In this document: positions 14,008 through 26,399 of the stretch, piece after piece
Layout of the letters: each line of letters starts with the position of its first letter
How positions within the stretch are numbered: the first letter of the stretch is position 1
Assembly (NCBI RefSeq): GCF_006345805.1
Contig: NC_043007.1
Span: forward strand, 72,354,001 to 72,418,000
DNA length: 64,000 nt
Direction of reading: 5' to 3'
DNA from: Octopus sinensis
Taxonomy: Eukaryota
Position numbers and translations under genes: made by a program
The notes under the pieces: generated by a model
Told to the model about the DNA's origin: nothing
The model's database searches: none
The model's input: only the letters and a program-made list of their open reading frames with translations

Positions 14008-15550
14008 AAGGCGGTGAGCTGACAGAATCGTTAGCACGCCTGGCGAAATGCTCAGCGGTATTTCGTCTGTCGATACGTTCTGAGTTCAAATTCTGCCGAG
14101 GTCGACCTTGCCTTTCAGCCTTTCGGGGTCGATTAAATAAGTACCATTTACGCACTGGGGTCGATATAATCGATTTAATCCGTTTGTCTGTCCTTGTTTG
14201 TCCCCTCTGTGTGTAGCCCCTTGTGGGCAGTAAAGATATAAGAATCCTTAGCACGCCGGGCGAAATGCTTAGCAGTATTTCGTCGGTCACAACGTTCTAA
14301 GTTCGAATTCTACCGCGGTCGACTTTGCCTTTCATCCTTTCGGGGTCGATAAAATAAGTACCAGTTGAGTACTGGTGTCGATGTTATCAACTTCCCCCTC
14401 CCCACAGAATCCGGGCCTTGTGCCTATTGTAGAAAAGATTATTAGAATGGGAAATCAGGGCGACGAGCTGGCAGAAACGTTAGCACACCGAGCAAAACGC
14501 TTAGCGGTATTTCATCTGTCTTTATGCTCTGAGTTCAAATTTCGCCGAGGTCGACTTTGCTTTTCATTTTTTCGGGGTCGCTATGATAAGTACCAGTGGA
14601 ATACTGGGATCGGATCTTTTCGGTTTGAACGGCAGTTTTTTCTGGCGGTGTCATATGAAATTGCCACCCATAATTATGACCCTAGTATCGATCTACTGCA
14701 TTTCAATCTGTTTAAGGGTTAGTTAGGGTTAGGGTTAAGGGTGGGGGAAGGGTATCTTTTTTTCTTCACAAATGTAAATAAACCCAATCTGATTCTTAAA
14801 CGAGGGACATATTCATACGGCACAGAATGTTTTTTTACCTCAATAGACGTCAGTGATTGGTTGAAGTTGCAGAAATTGAAGAAAAAAACAACAAATATCT
14901 TACAAAGCATAGAATGTTCTCAATAAAGCCAAGAGAAAAAGATGTTTTATAAACACATTCTACCAGTATACGAAGTTTAAAATTTTTTAGTTACCTATAA
15001 ATTATGTTAAAAACTGCCGTTCAAACCGAAAAGATCCCCGGGGTCAATGTAATCGATTTAGCCCCTTTCCCAGAAATTTTTAACCTTGTGCCAAAATATG
15101 AAATCTTTATCAATAATAAGGCAAGGAGCTGGCAGAATCGTTAGCACGCCGGGCAAAATGCTTTCGTCCGTCTTTACGTTCTGAGTTCAAATTCCGCCAC
15201 GATCGACTTTGCTTTTCATCCTTTCGGGGTCGCTGACATAAATACCAGTTGAACACTGGGGTCAATGTAATCGATTTACCCCTCACGCAAAATTGCCGGC
15301 CTTATGCAAAACTTTGAAACCATTATTGGAGTGGGAAATCATTAGGGGAGCGTCGAAGAAAATGCTTTGCAGTATTTATTTCGGCTCATTATATTCTGAA
15401 CTCAAACTTCACCTAAGTAAAATTCCTCTTTCACAAAATATAATACCAGTCAAACGCTGGAGTCGATTTAAATTTGTTCGAGTAAACCCTTCTACGGGGT
15501 GCTGTGGCATGGCCGCATTCCAATGATTGAAACAAGTAAAAGATAAAAGA
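14008..15550 (+). mobile_element. Same-strand SINE cluster (B, truncated B2, B2, B2, old B-head/A-tail chimera)
   Basis: Units at about 14008-14240, 14242-14440, 14457-15110 (split by a MITE), 15118-15324 and 15345-15550. Confidence 0.8.
14612..15037. mobile_element. Merlin-type MITE inserted in a SINE
   Basis: Perfect 29-bp TIR ggatcttttcggtttgaacggcagttttt. 8-bp TSD ctgggatc / ccggggtc derived from the SINE consensus ctggggtc. GG termini with an 8-bp TSD fit the Merlin superfamily. Confidence 0.7.
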
Positions 15551-15779
15551 TAGCTATTATTAACGTTGCTAAATATATGGTTAATCACCGGAAGACAGGG
15601 GAGGAAATTGGTGAGAGCGATCGAGTGAGAGAAGGAGGGGAAGTTGATCAGACAGACACATTAACATCACCACTACCTGTCGAAAATATTCCGGATGATG
15701 ATACATTTATATATAATCCGTTTTCTCTGTCCGTTTCTGCCTGTCGCCCAACGAATGTTCATACTGACGTACACACACA

Positions 15780-15912
15780 CACTCATATAAATGTATGCAT
15801 ATGTATATATGTGTGTGTGTATGAATGCATATATATATATGTATATATGTGGATGTATACATATACCTGTACATGTGTGATTATATATATATTATATACC
15901 TATATATGTGTG

Positions 15913-15964
<52 letters not shown>

Positions 15965-16164
15965 TATATATATATATATATATAATATATGTATATGTAT
16001 ATATATATACATATATACACATATATACATACATATATCTATATATATATATATACCTGTATATACGTGTGTGTATATTATGTATACATGTATAAATGTA
16101 TATAACTGTATATATGTTTATAGGTATATGTGTATGTATATGTGTGTGCGCATGTATGTGTGTG

Positions 16165-16234
<70 letters not shown>

Positions 16235-16501
16235 CTGTTATTACACATGAATATTCTTCCATTGTCTCTTAAAAGTCATTGTCGGGTGCTGGGATACCAG
16301 CGAAGATCTTCGTCTTTCCATAAAGTATCGGTCGGGAGGAAGTCAGCCAGGTGTAACTCACCCCCTACAAGGCAATTACTGCGACCGGAAATTATAAGTA
16401 CCAGGGTATTTGCAGTGAAACAGTTCAACCGAGAATCGAACGTTCGTAGCAACTCTTTTACACATACGTACATATATCTAAAAAAACGAGCACGCACGTG
16501 C

Positions 16502-16564
<63 letters not shown>

Positions 16565-17193
16565 GTGTGTGTGCGCGCGCGCGTGTGTACGTGTGTGTGT
16601 ATAAGTGCGTGTGTGTGTGTGTGCGCGGATGTATGTGCAGGCATGGCTGAATGGTTAAGGAGCTCGCTTTGCAACCATGTGATTTCGAGTTCAGTTCCAA
16701 TACGCGGCACCTTGGACAAAGGACTGCCACTATAGCCCAGGGCCGACCAATTCTTTGGGAGTGAATTTGGTTGACGGAAATCGTGTAGGAGTCTGTCGTG
16801 CGTATAAATGGATTTTGAGAAATTTCTTCCAACTACTTGAAGTATTTCAAATTTATACGCCAGATTATTTAAAAACAAATGTAGTTTTGATGTTTTGCAT
16901 GATAATTACGAAACTCATTTTCAATTGTTCTAGAAATTAATAACCCCTTCTATTATAGACACAATGCCCGACAATTTCTTTGGATGCGGTGCAGTTGATT
17001 ACATTGATCACAATGCTTAACTGGTTTTTAATTTATCTACCCTGAAAGGATGAAAGGTAAAGTCTTAGCGAGCTCGGAGCAGTCTCATATCTCGTACACT
17101 AACTAAAACTATTAAAGTGAAACCATTATCTCACATATATATGCATGCGTACATACATACATACATACATACATACATACATACATACATACA

Positions 17194-17226
<33 letters not shown>

Positions 17227-17338
17227 TATGTATTTATATAGGTGCCTATATATATGTGTATATATGTGTGCATATATATATGTATATATTATATTATGTA
17301 TAAAATATGTGTATGCATGTATATATATATGGTGTATA

Positions 17339-17378
<40 letters not shown>

Positions 17379-17581
17379 CGTTATTTATTTATGTATATAT
17401 ATTTTTTTTTATGTATATATATATCATGTATATATGTACGTATGCATTATATATGTATATATGTGTGTGTACATATATATATCCGTATATATGTATATAC
17501 GTATATATATACATATATGTATATAAACATATATTATATAATCGTATATATATATATATATATATATGCATATATGTATAT

Positions 17582-17613
<32 letters not shown>

Positions 17614-18025
17614 GAACATCATGTATATTTATATGCATGTATATATTTATATACATGCATATAGTTATATATGTATATATATTACATCTATATTATATAT
17701 ATAATATATATTATGTAATATGTATATAAATATTATATAACATATATACATATATGAATATATATGTAGATATATATATATATGCATATACATTTATATA
17801 TTGCATATACAATAATTATTATATATATATATCTATATATATATATATATATATATATGCATGTATATACATATATATGCATATATATACATATATACAT
17901 GTATACACATATGTATATAATATGTACATACATATATATATACATCTATCATTTACATGTATATATATATATATAATATATATGTATGTATGTTGTATGT
18001 ATGTATGTATGTATATATGTATATA
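15780..18025. repeat. Microsatellite fields (AT, GT, ATAC) with a short unique island and an old SINE-A head (~16638-16800)
   Basis: Visible directly. Confidence 0.9.
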
Positions 18026-18026
18026 C

Positions 18027-18188
18027 ACGACGGGTTTCATTCAGTTTTCGTCCACCAAATCCACTTATAAGTCTTTGGTCGGTCCGAAGCTATTGTAGAA
18101 GAGACTTGCCCAAGGTGCCAAGCAGTGGGACTGAACCCGGATCCATGTGGTTGGTAAGCAAGCTACTTACCACATAGCCATATCTGTG

Positions 18189-18219
<31 letters not shown>

Positions 18220-18425
18220 CTATGTGTCTGTGCTTGTACCCCCGCCATCGCTTGACAACCGATGTTGGTCTGCTTACGTCCCCGTAACTTAACCGTTTGG
18301 CAAAACACACCGATAGAATAAGTACTAGGCTTACAAAGAATAACTCCTGGTATCCATTTCTTTAACTAAAGGCGATGCCCCAGCATGGCCGCAGTCACAT
18401 GACCGAAACAAATAAAACAATAAAA
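18027..18425. mobile_element. SINE A head half (minus, 18027-18180) abutting an A tail half (plus, ~18200-18425)
   Basis: The two halves match the A consensus in opposite orientations. Confidence 0.8.
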
Positions 18426-18441
18426 CACTATGCCATTTCAC

Positions 18442-19570
18442 GGATCTTTTCATTTCCAAGGCCTGTTTTTTCAGATTTTTCCTACTTAACCAAACAATTT
18501 GAAACTTCGTATACTGGTGGAATGTGTCAAAAGAAAACATAATTGTAAACCAGAATGAAAACGGAATTGTAATTTCAAAGTTTAACATTGTTTAATAATT
18601 AGAATTTTAACCAATGGATTCGGTCTTCGGCTTCATATTATTTACTTCGTCTCATAGACGTAACGCTATTTGATGACGTATTTAACATACGTGAAATGTA
18701 AACACCGTATTCCTTCAGTTTCTATTCACATTTTTTAATATATTATTACTAACTTATATTAAACTATATATTATATAACTAACTTAGTTTTGTAAATTTC
18801 GTATCTTTTTGTGATTTTTATCCTTACTTTATTCGTGTAACTTTTATTTCTGTAACTTTTTCTTTGGCACGTGTGTGTGTTATGTATGGCCGATTCAGTG
18901 TTTACATTATTCGAGTTAAAACGAAAGATTACCTTTGTTATGTAGAAAATAATGAGGTTGACTCAATGGATTAATGACAGTGATCGAAGATATAGACAAA
19001 ATGTTTTGGTAATCTTCGTTTTAACTCGAAATATGTAAACACTGAATCGGCCATACATACTACAACAACAATACATACACACACATACATACACACACAA
19101 CATACACACACACATACATATAATCCCACACACACACATACATAAGTACATATACACACATACACCGGTAAAAAATCAGTTATCTCTCTCTTCACACATT
19201 ACTCTCTCTGTCTCTTCACACACACTAACAGAAGTACTTCACTTACACACATACTTTCTGTCTCCCACACCCCATCAAACACACACACACGCACACAAAA
19301 CACAGACCTACGCACAGCTGTCTACGTCACAAAATAGCTTCTACGTCACACTAAGATAAGCAGTAATTAGTTCAAAAATGAAAACAAACAATACGATTGG
19401 TTAAAATTCGCAGATTTAATCTACCCTTAAAGTTATAAAATACATTTTTCTCAAATAAACAAGTTGAAACTAGTGTTTTCTTTTGAGACACTCTACCAGT
19501 ATACGAAGTTTCAAATTATTTAGTTAACTAGAAAAATCTGACAAAACAGGCCTTGGAAATGAAAAGATCC
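18442..19570. mobile_element. Merlin-type non-autonomous DNA transposon with ~100-bp TIRs
   Basis: ggatctttttcatttccaaggcctg... / ...caggccttggaaatgaaaagatcc, with 8-bp TSD catttcac (18434-18441) / catttaac (19571-19578). Confidence 0.75.
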
Positions 19571-19578
19571 CATTTAAC

Positions 19579-19606
19579 TGCGAGCAACGCCGGGTATCTC
19601 TGCTAG
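19579..19606 (+). mobile_element. Helitron 3' terminus remnant
   Basis: cgagcaacgccggg followed by ctgCTAG|t, the same end motif as the element at 58444-58829. Confidence 0.65.
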
Positions 19607-19789
19607 TATGGTTCTAAACTCACCGTAACATTAAATATGTTAATTATGCGTAATCATAAAACATAATGTGGTTCAAGGTAGAGCATGTAATATTAAATAT
19701 TATAGATGGGTGTGTATATGATTGGTTACACTGGTGTTTATTAATTATCTGCAGACAAATAATGTGTGTGGTGTGTGTGTGTGTGTGTG

Positions 19790-20440
19790 CATGCGCGTGT
19801 GTTTACTTGTTTCAGTAATTTTGAATGCGGCCATGTTTTTAGTCGAACGAATCGACCCCAGAATTAAATTTCTTTTAAAGTCTAGTACTTATTCTATCGG
19901 TCTCTTTTGCTGAATCCCTAAGTTACGAGGACGTAAAAATACCAATGCCAGTTGTCAAGCGGTGGGGATGGGAGCGGAAGCAAACATACACAAAACACAT
20001 ATAGATACGAGGTCGTATCAAAAGATTCCCGGATTAGTAATTTTAGCAAAAAATAACTTATTTACTCTTTTATTCTTTTACTTGTTTCAGTCATTTGACT
20101 GCGGCCATGCTGAAGCACCGCCTTTAGTCGAGCAAATCGACGCCGGGACTTATTCTTTGTAAGCCCAGTACTTATTCTATCGGTCTCTTTTGTCGAACCA
20201 CTAAGTGACGGGGACGTAAACATACCAACATCGGTTGTCAAGTAATGCTAGGGGGCCAAACACAGACACACAAACATACATACACACACATATATATATA
20301 TACATATATACGACGGGCTTCTTTCAGTTTCCGTCTACCAAATCCACTCACAAGGCTCTAGTCGGCCCGAGGCTATAGTTGAAGACACTCGCCCAAGATG
20401 CCACGCAGTGGGACTGAACCCGGAACCATATGCCACTCCT
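19790..20440 (-). mobile_element. Two SINE A copies (old tail half 19790-19990; near-full copy 20062-20440)
   Basis: Match to the reverse complement of the A consensus. Confidence 0.85.
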
Positions 20441-21684
20441 GCATACACCAGTATACCAGTAATCTCTATATATAATATACCAGTAATTTACTCAAGGGAA
20501 AACAGGGTATCTTCGTTACTTTCAGTCGTCCAGATGAATATTTATGTTCTGGAATTAATGAACAAGATGATAACAAGGAAAGAAGCCCTCTGGCAAAGTT
20601 TCTTATAAGACGTCAGAAAGTTTGAAAAACAAACAATAAGTTCGCTGATGTTTATCGGCGCAGATTTCATTGTGTTCTCGTTACTTGTACGAACTACTGA
20701 GATATGTTAACATAAAATATCTAAAATAGCGCTGACTTGTCATGGAGCTTCATCAGAGGTTTGTTAAATATGTGCATTTAGTCTATCAAGGTTCGTGTCA
20801 CAAGAAAGTTTAAAGATGACCGAAGCAATTACTGTCATAGCAGGCTCTAAAACATCTGCGACAATATTGTCTTGACTGCAGTCACAGAGTGTGTGGTGTG
20901 CGTATGATATATATATATATACATATGTATTTATGTATGTACGTATGTGTGTATGTATGTAGGTATGTATGAATGTATGAATGAATGTATGTAGGTATGT
21001 ATAGATGCATACACACACATAAGAAGAGGTGACACCTCATTAAGGATGAACGCTACGTGTCGCTCGGAAGTCAAAAGTTAGTCACTCATCTTTATCGCGT
21101 CCTTCTCTCTCTGTGTCTCTCTGTCTCTCTCGCTCTCACTCTCTGTCTCTCTTTCTCTTTTTTCTCTCTCGCTCCTTTTTATCTGCTCCCTCCTTTCTCT
21201 CTCATACTGTGTATTTGCATGTGTGTATGTGCGTGTGTGTGTGTGTATGTGTGTGCTTGTACGTGTTTCCGTGTGTGTTCGTATGTGCTCGTACGCGTTT
21301 TTGCGTGTGTGGTTTGTATGGTGTAAAAAGAAAAAAAGAAAAAACCCGTTAATAAAAATAAAAAGAAAAGAAATATATATATAAAGAAAAGTATGTTGCC
21401 TGCTGGCTTCAAAGAGTAAAATTTAGTTGTGTTTAGTTCAAGCCAGAGAAAAGAAGCAAGATGCTGCTGTCAAGTGGGGCCATTGAATCAGATTTAGCTG
21501 CTCGATCTAATCGCTGCTGTGATTCATACGTGCTCCGTTGAACTCCCAAGAAAAAGACGAAAAAAGAGCGGGGGGGGGGATTTCATTCCCACTAAACATC
21601 ACAATAAAATCTCATTTTATATTACTTTGTGGCATTTACTTCATTTCTTACGGAGTTTTATACATTCATTGGTGACGTCGTCAA

Positions 21685-21783
21685 TCTCCTCCTCCTCATC
21701 ATCATCATCATCCTCATCATCATCCTCATCATCATCATCATCATCATCATCACCACCACCATCACCATCATCATCATCATCAC

Positions 21784-21820
<37 letters not shown>

Positions 21821-22110
21821 TCTTTATTTCACCCGGCCTCCTTCCCTCGTGCTCTTCGTCCTCCTCGTCCTCCTCCTCCTCTTTCTCGTCGTCGTCGTCG
21901 TCAATGTCTGCCTCCTCCTCCTCCTCCCCCTTCAACGACATCTATGTCAGCTTAATGATATCGTTAAACAATTCTGTCTCCCCCACAGTCACCACATCTG
22001 TCTCCTCCCCCACTTCTCCCTCTCCCATTACGTTTCTCCTCCTCCTCCTCCCTATCCTCCCCCCATCTCCCTATCATCATCATCCTCCTCCCTATCCTCC
22101 TCATTGTTGT
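21685..22110. repeat. (ATC)n/(CCT)n/(CGT)n trinucleotide tract
   Basis: Visible directly. It explains the poly-S/I/P ORFs. Confidence 0.9.
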
Positions 22111-22497
22111 CATCAATGTTAAGAGGTCCATCAATAAACGGAAGCCCGTTTAGTTATTTGTTTAAATAAACACTGCCTTGTACGTATGTATATACGGTCA
22201 ACATTATCAGGAAACGCCAGTCTTGGCCCCATCAACGCAGGTGTAAGTAGCTTTGGGAGGAAGGATTTGGTGGAAATTATAATGGAAAGACTAATTAACC
22301 ATTTGTTGTAAAGTCTGTTTGGGGGGAGGGAGAGGCATCGAGAGAGAGGGACAGGGGGAATGAGTGAGAGGAAAAGAAAGAGGGAATGTATCCATCATAA
22401 AGTTTTAGAGAGAAATCAATAAACAAAACAGACAACTTTTATCTTTAATACACACATATACGCAAATGCATATATATACTACATATATGCCTAAGTT

Positions 22498-22713
22498 AAG
22501 GCGGCGAGCTGGCAGAAACGTTAGCCGCCGGGCGAAATGCGTAGCTGTATTTCGTCTGCCGTTACGTTCCGAGTTCATATTCCGCCGAGGTCGACTTTGC
22601 CTTTCATCGATAAATTTAGTACTATTTACGCACTGGAGTCGATGTAATCGACTTAATCCGTTTGTCTTTCCTTGTTTGTCCCCTCTGTGTTTAGCCCCCT
22701 GTGGGTAGTAAAG

Positions 22714-22716
<3 letters not shown>
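22498..22716 (+). mobile_element. SINE B with a small core deletion
   Basis: B head through tail, followed by (AT)n. Confidence 0.9.
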
Positions 22717-22758
<42 letters not shown>

Positions 22759-22759
22759 A

Positions 22760-23340
22760 AATTAGAAAATGGAGAAACATACTTAAATCAATCAACCATC
22801 AGATAATACTCAATCAATACTTTATTACACCATTACATAACAGCAAAGACATTATACAAAATATATTGTAAATATAATTAGACAAGGAAATAGAAATATA
22901 AAATACAATTACATCATATCTGACAGCTGTTTCGGCCGTGAGGACAAGTATGCCTCATTTAACCTATAAGCCATATAAGGCAGGTATAAATGAGACATTA
23001 ACAAGGATGTCCCACGGCCTCTTCAGAGAATTTAATTTAATATAAGTGTGAAAAAAAATTTTACATATAAATATAAAAATATAAAATATAAAAATGTGTG
23101 CATAGACACTCATAATACTACACATATATATATATATACACATTAATACGATAATACAAAATAAACAAAATATTTCAATATACATTAACAAACACAGTTA
23201 TTTTACATATTGGACTCCTAGTTCCATAACTAACATCAAGGAAAATATATACACACTCACATTTAAATTTAAATCAGACATATATACATAAAAAAAAATA
23301 AATAAAAAAACACACAGTTCAGTTCATAAAATTATAACCC
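22760..23340 (-). mobile_element. Penelope-like element terminal repeat (pLTR) candidate
   Basis: AT-rich segment carrying a hammerhead motif and a downstream AATAAA on the minus strand. PLE terminal repeats are known to carry minimal type I hammerheads. Boundaries are approximate. Confidence 0.5.
22919..23029 (-). ncRNA. Type I hammerhead ribozyme (PLE-associated, predicted dimer-cleaving)
   Basis: Minus strand reads UCU-CUGAAGA-GGCCGUG...CACGGCC-GAAA-C-AGCU-G-UC^AGA. All core nucleotides are present, G10.1-C11.1 pairs, stem III is palindromic, and the cleavage triplet is GUC. Confidence 0.8.
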
Positions 23341-23364
23341 TACAAAAAGTCAATAAAAATTAAT

Positions 23365-23464
<100 letters not shown>

Positions 23465-23957
23465 CCATGACTGTACCAAGTACATCAAGCGGACATCTAC
23501 ATATCAATAAGTCTAATTCCTCTGTCCGCTTGATATTGATTATTCTAGATTGATTCGATTGGCTTATAGTTTTAAATTTGAATCACAAAGGAAATTTTAC
23601 GGTTAGTTAGTCAAGAAACGCACGTACGCACACGCACATCCACAGATCCATCGCACATACATACATAATTATATGTATACACACACACATACACTCATAC
23701 ACATACATAGCCACAAACACAGCCAAAAACATAAATAAATAAATAAATAATATAAGAGGTATAATCGTAACTATATACATGGAAACCCAACTGATTGCAC
23801 TTACATGCATGCAGCCATCAAGCCCCTCCCAAACGACAACAATGCCGCGGTATTAACTAAGAAAATCCACTCACATATTTCCATAAAATATTTATTGCAA
23901 AGATATATATAATTATATCAAGACATAGGATGTAATTTTTCATAAGGTACATAATTC

Positions 23958-24330
23958 AGGCGTAGGAGTGGTTGTGTGGTAAGTAGCTTGTTTACCGACC
24001 ACATGGTTCAGAGTTCAGTCCCACTACGTGATACTTTGGGCAAGTGTCTTCTACTATAGCCTCGGGCCGACCAAAGCCTTGTGAGTGGATTTGGTAGACG
24101 GAAACTGAAAGAAGCCCGTCGTATATATGTAAATATATGTATGTGTTTGTGTTTGTGTGTCTGTGTTTGTCCTCCCAACATCGCTTGACAACCGATACTG
24201 GTGTGTTTACGTCCCCGTAACTTAGCGGTTCGGCAAAAGAGACCGATAGAATAAGTACTAGCCTTACAAAGAATAAGTCCTGGGGTCGATTTGCTCGACT
24301 AAAGGTGGTGCTCCAGCATGGCCACAGTCA
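23958..24330 (+). mobile_element. SINE A, full length
   Basis: Head gcgtaggagtggttgtgtggtaagtagc...ggttcagagttcagtccc through ccagcatggccacagtca. Confidence 0.92.
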
Positions 24331-24694
24331 GGCATAAAATGGCAGCTTCCAAATCCTGTTTTCTGACTGGGTGAAAATTATCTTTAAACCTCTATATCTG
24401 TTTTAAAAAATTTCTGGAAAAAGTGAAATATCTCCTGAGATTCAGCTAGGAAAACTACATTAATACGCCAGTTTAAAAAATTTTCAGTAAGCTTTGAAAT
24501 TTCTACAGCTGTACCCAAACAGAAAAGATTCTAATGATCATTCTGTTATATATATAGCTTTATCTACTTCGAGTGCCACCATTAAAATGATTTATTATAT
24601 ATATATATGTATGGCTTGTTTGTATGTACACATGCACACGCACATACACGCACGTATGTATGTATGTATGTATGTATGTATGTATGTATGTATG

Positions 24695-24726
<32 letters not shown>

Positions 24727-24960
24727 TGTACATACGCACTCATAGATACACTCGGCACATATATAAATGTAAAAATTAGTGAATGATTTCGAGTGGCTAG
24801 TGGCATGTATTTGTACAACAAAGAATGATTAAAGTTATATTAAATAACTTACAAAATAAATTCTTTCTTATCTTTATTGAAATTATCTTCGCTTCCCGAG
24901 AATGTATACCAAATGCTCGTTGGCAATTGGGACCAAATCTAAGTGAGAATTGTATACGTA

Positions 24961-25013
<53 letters not shown>

Positions 25014-25674
25014 GAGAGAGAGAAAGAGAGCGAGAGAAAGAGAGAGAAAAAGAAAGAACGAAAGTGGGAGATGAAAATATAATTATAAATATTTGTGAGG
25101 CTTGTTTAGTCCACTAAAGGCTCGGCATTCGAATGAGAAATATATCACAGATGACACAAAACGGTTTAATTGAAATAGTAACAGCGAGCCTGTGCTAAAA
25201 CAGAAGTGTTGTTATTAGATAAACGAAACGCTAAGATGGAGTCTATCAGAGTGTGACGTGTGGTTCGAGTACAAAACTGGATAACCTATGTAGTCGAATC
25301 CAGTTGTGTAGCATATCAGATAGTGATAATAGTTATTTGACTCTATTGAAATCTGATAGAAGTGAAATATTTCTTTAAAATCATCTGTAATTTCACTTAA
25401 TATTTTCATCGTGTCTTTGGACACGATTCTCAAGTAATGTCTGTTACGCTAACCATACACATTCATACACATATTCATACATACACATACAAATACATGC
25501 ACTCGGACTTCTTTGTTCACATCAAAGCAAACATATTCAGACCCTATCTATGAATACCACTAATAGTTACCATCGAACATAAACATCTTAGCCGATGTTT
25601 AAACGCAAATATATAGACACACAGCAGATAATATCTTCCATTCCCTCCTATCTTTTACTTTTTAGCCTTGACTT

Positions 25675-26270
25675 GTTTAGACATTAGCCTAATGCCATGA
25701 TGGACATCGCCTTCAAGAATTTTTTAAGCTTGGTGCTTATTCTGTCAAAATCATTTGCAGGACTGCTATAATATTGGTCATAAACACACCAACACCGGTT
25801 GTCATGCGGGGGTGTGTTGTGGGGGGAGACAGACACAAGCACAAAGACATATACATACACACTCAGACACACATGCACACACGCACGCACACACACACTC
25901 ACACACACATATATGACGAGCTTCTTTCAGTTTCCGTCTACCAAATCCATTTATAAGGTTTTGGTCGGTATGAGGCTATAGCTGGCAGAAACGTTAGGAC
26001 GCGGGGCGAAATGCGTAGCCGTATTTCGTCTGCCGTTACGTTCTGGGTTCAAATTCCGCCGAGGTAGACTTTGCCTTTCATCCTTTCGGGGTCGATAAAT
26101 TAAGTACCGGTTACGCACTGGGGTCGATGTAATCGACTTAATCCGTTTGTCTGTCCTTGTTTGTCCCCTCTGTGTTTAGCCCCTTGTGGGTAATAAAGAA
26201 ATATATAGCGGAAGACACTTCCCAAAGTGCCACGCAGTGGGACTGAACCCGTAGCCATGTGGTTGGGCTG
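25675..26270 (-). mobile_element. Old SINE A (minus) interrupted by a young SINE B (plus, ~25980-26205)
   Basis: The A sequence gaggctatag|cggaagacact resumes after the B tail, with a short duplication tatagc. Confidence 0.85.
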
Positions 26271-26399
26271 CGAGATTCTTACCACAGTTATCAAGAACAC
26301 AACAGCCATCTTGCATTCCCTCATATCAGATCTTAACAAATAACGATACAGACACCAGATTAGCCATATAGTTTCCACTACAGGTTCAAATGAAACTAC

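Noticed and set aside
14715-14745. TTAGGG repeats as an interstitial telomere
   Set aside because: Only 2-3 imperfect units, lying inside a MITE.
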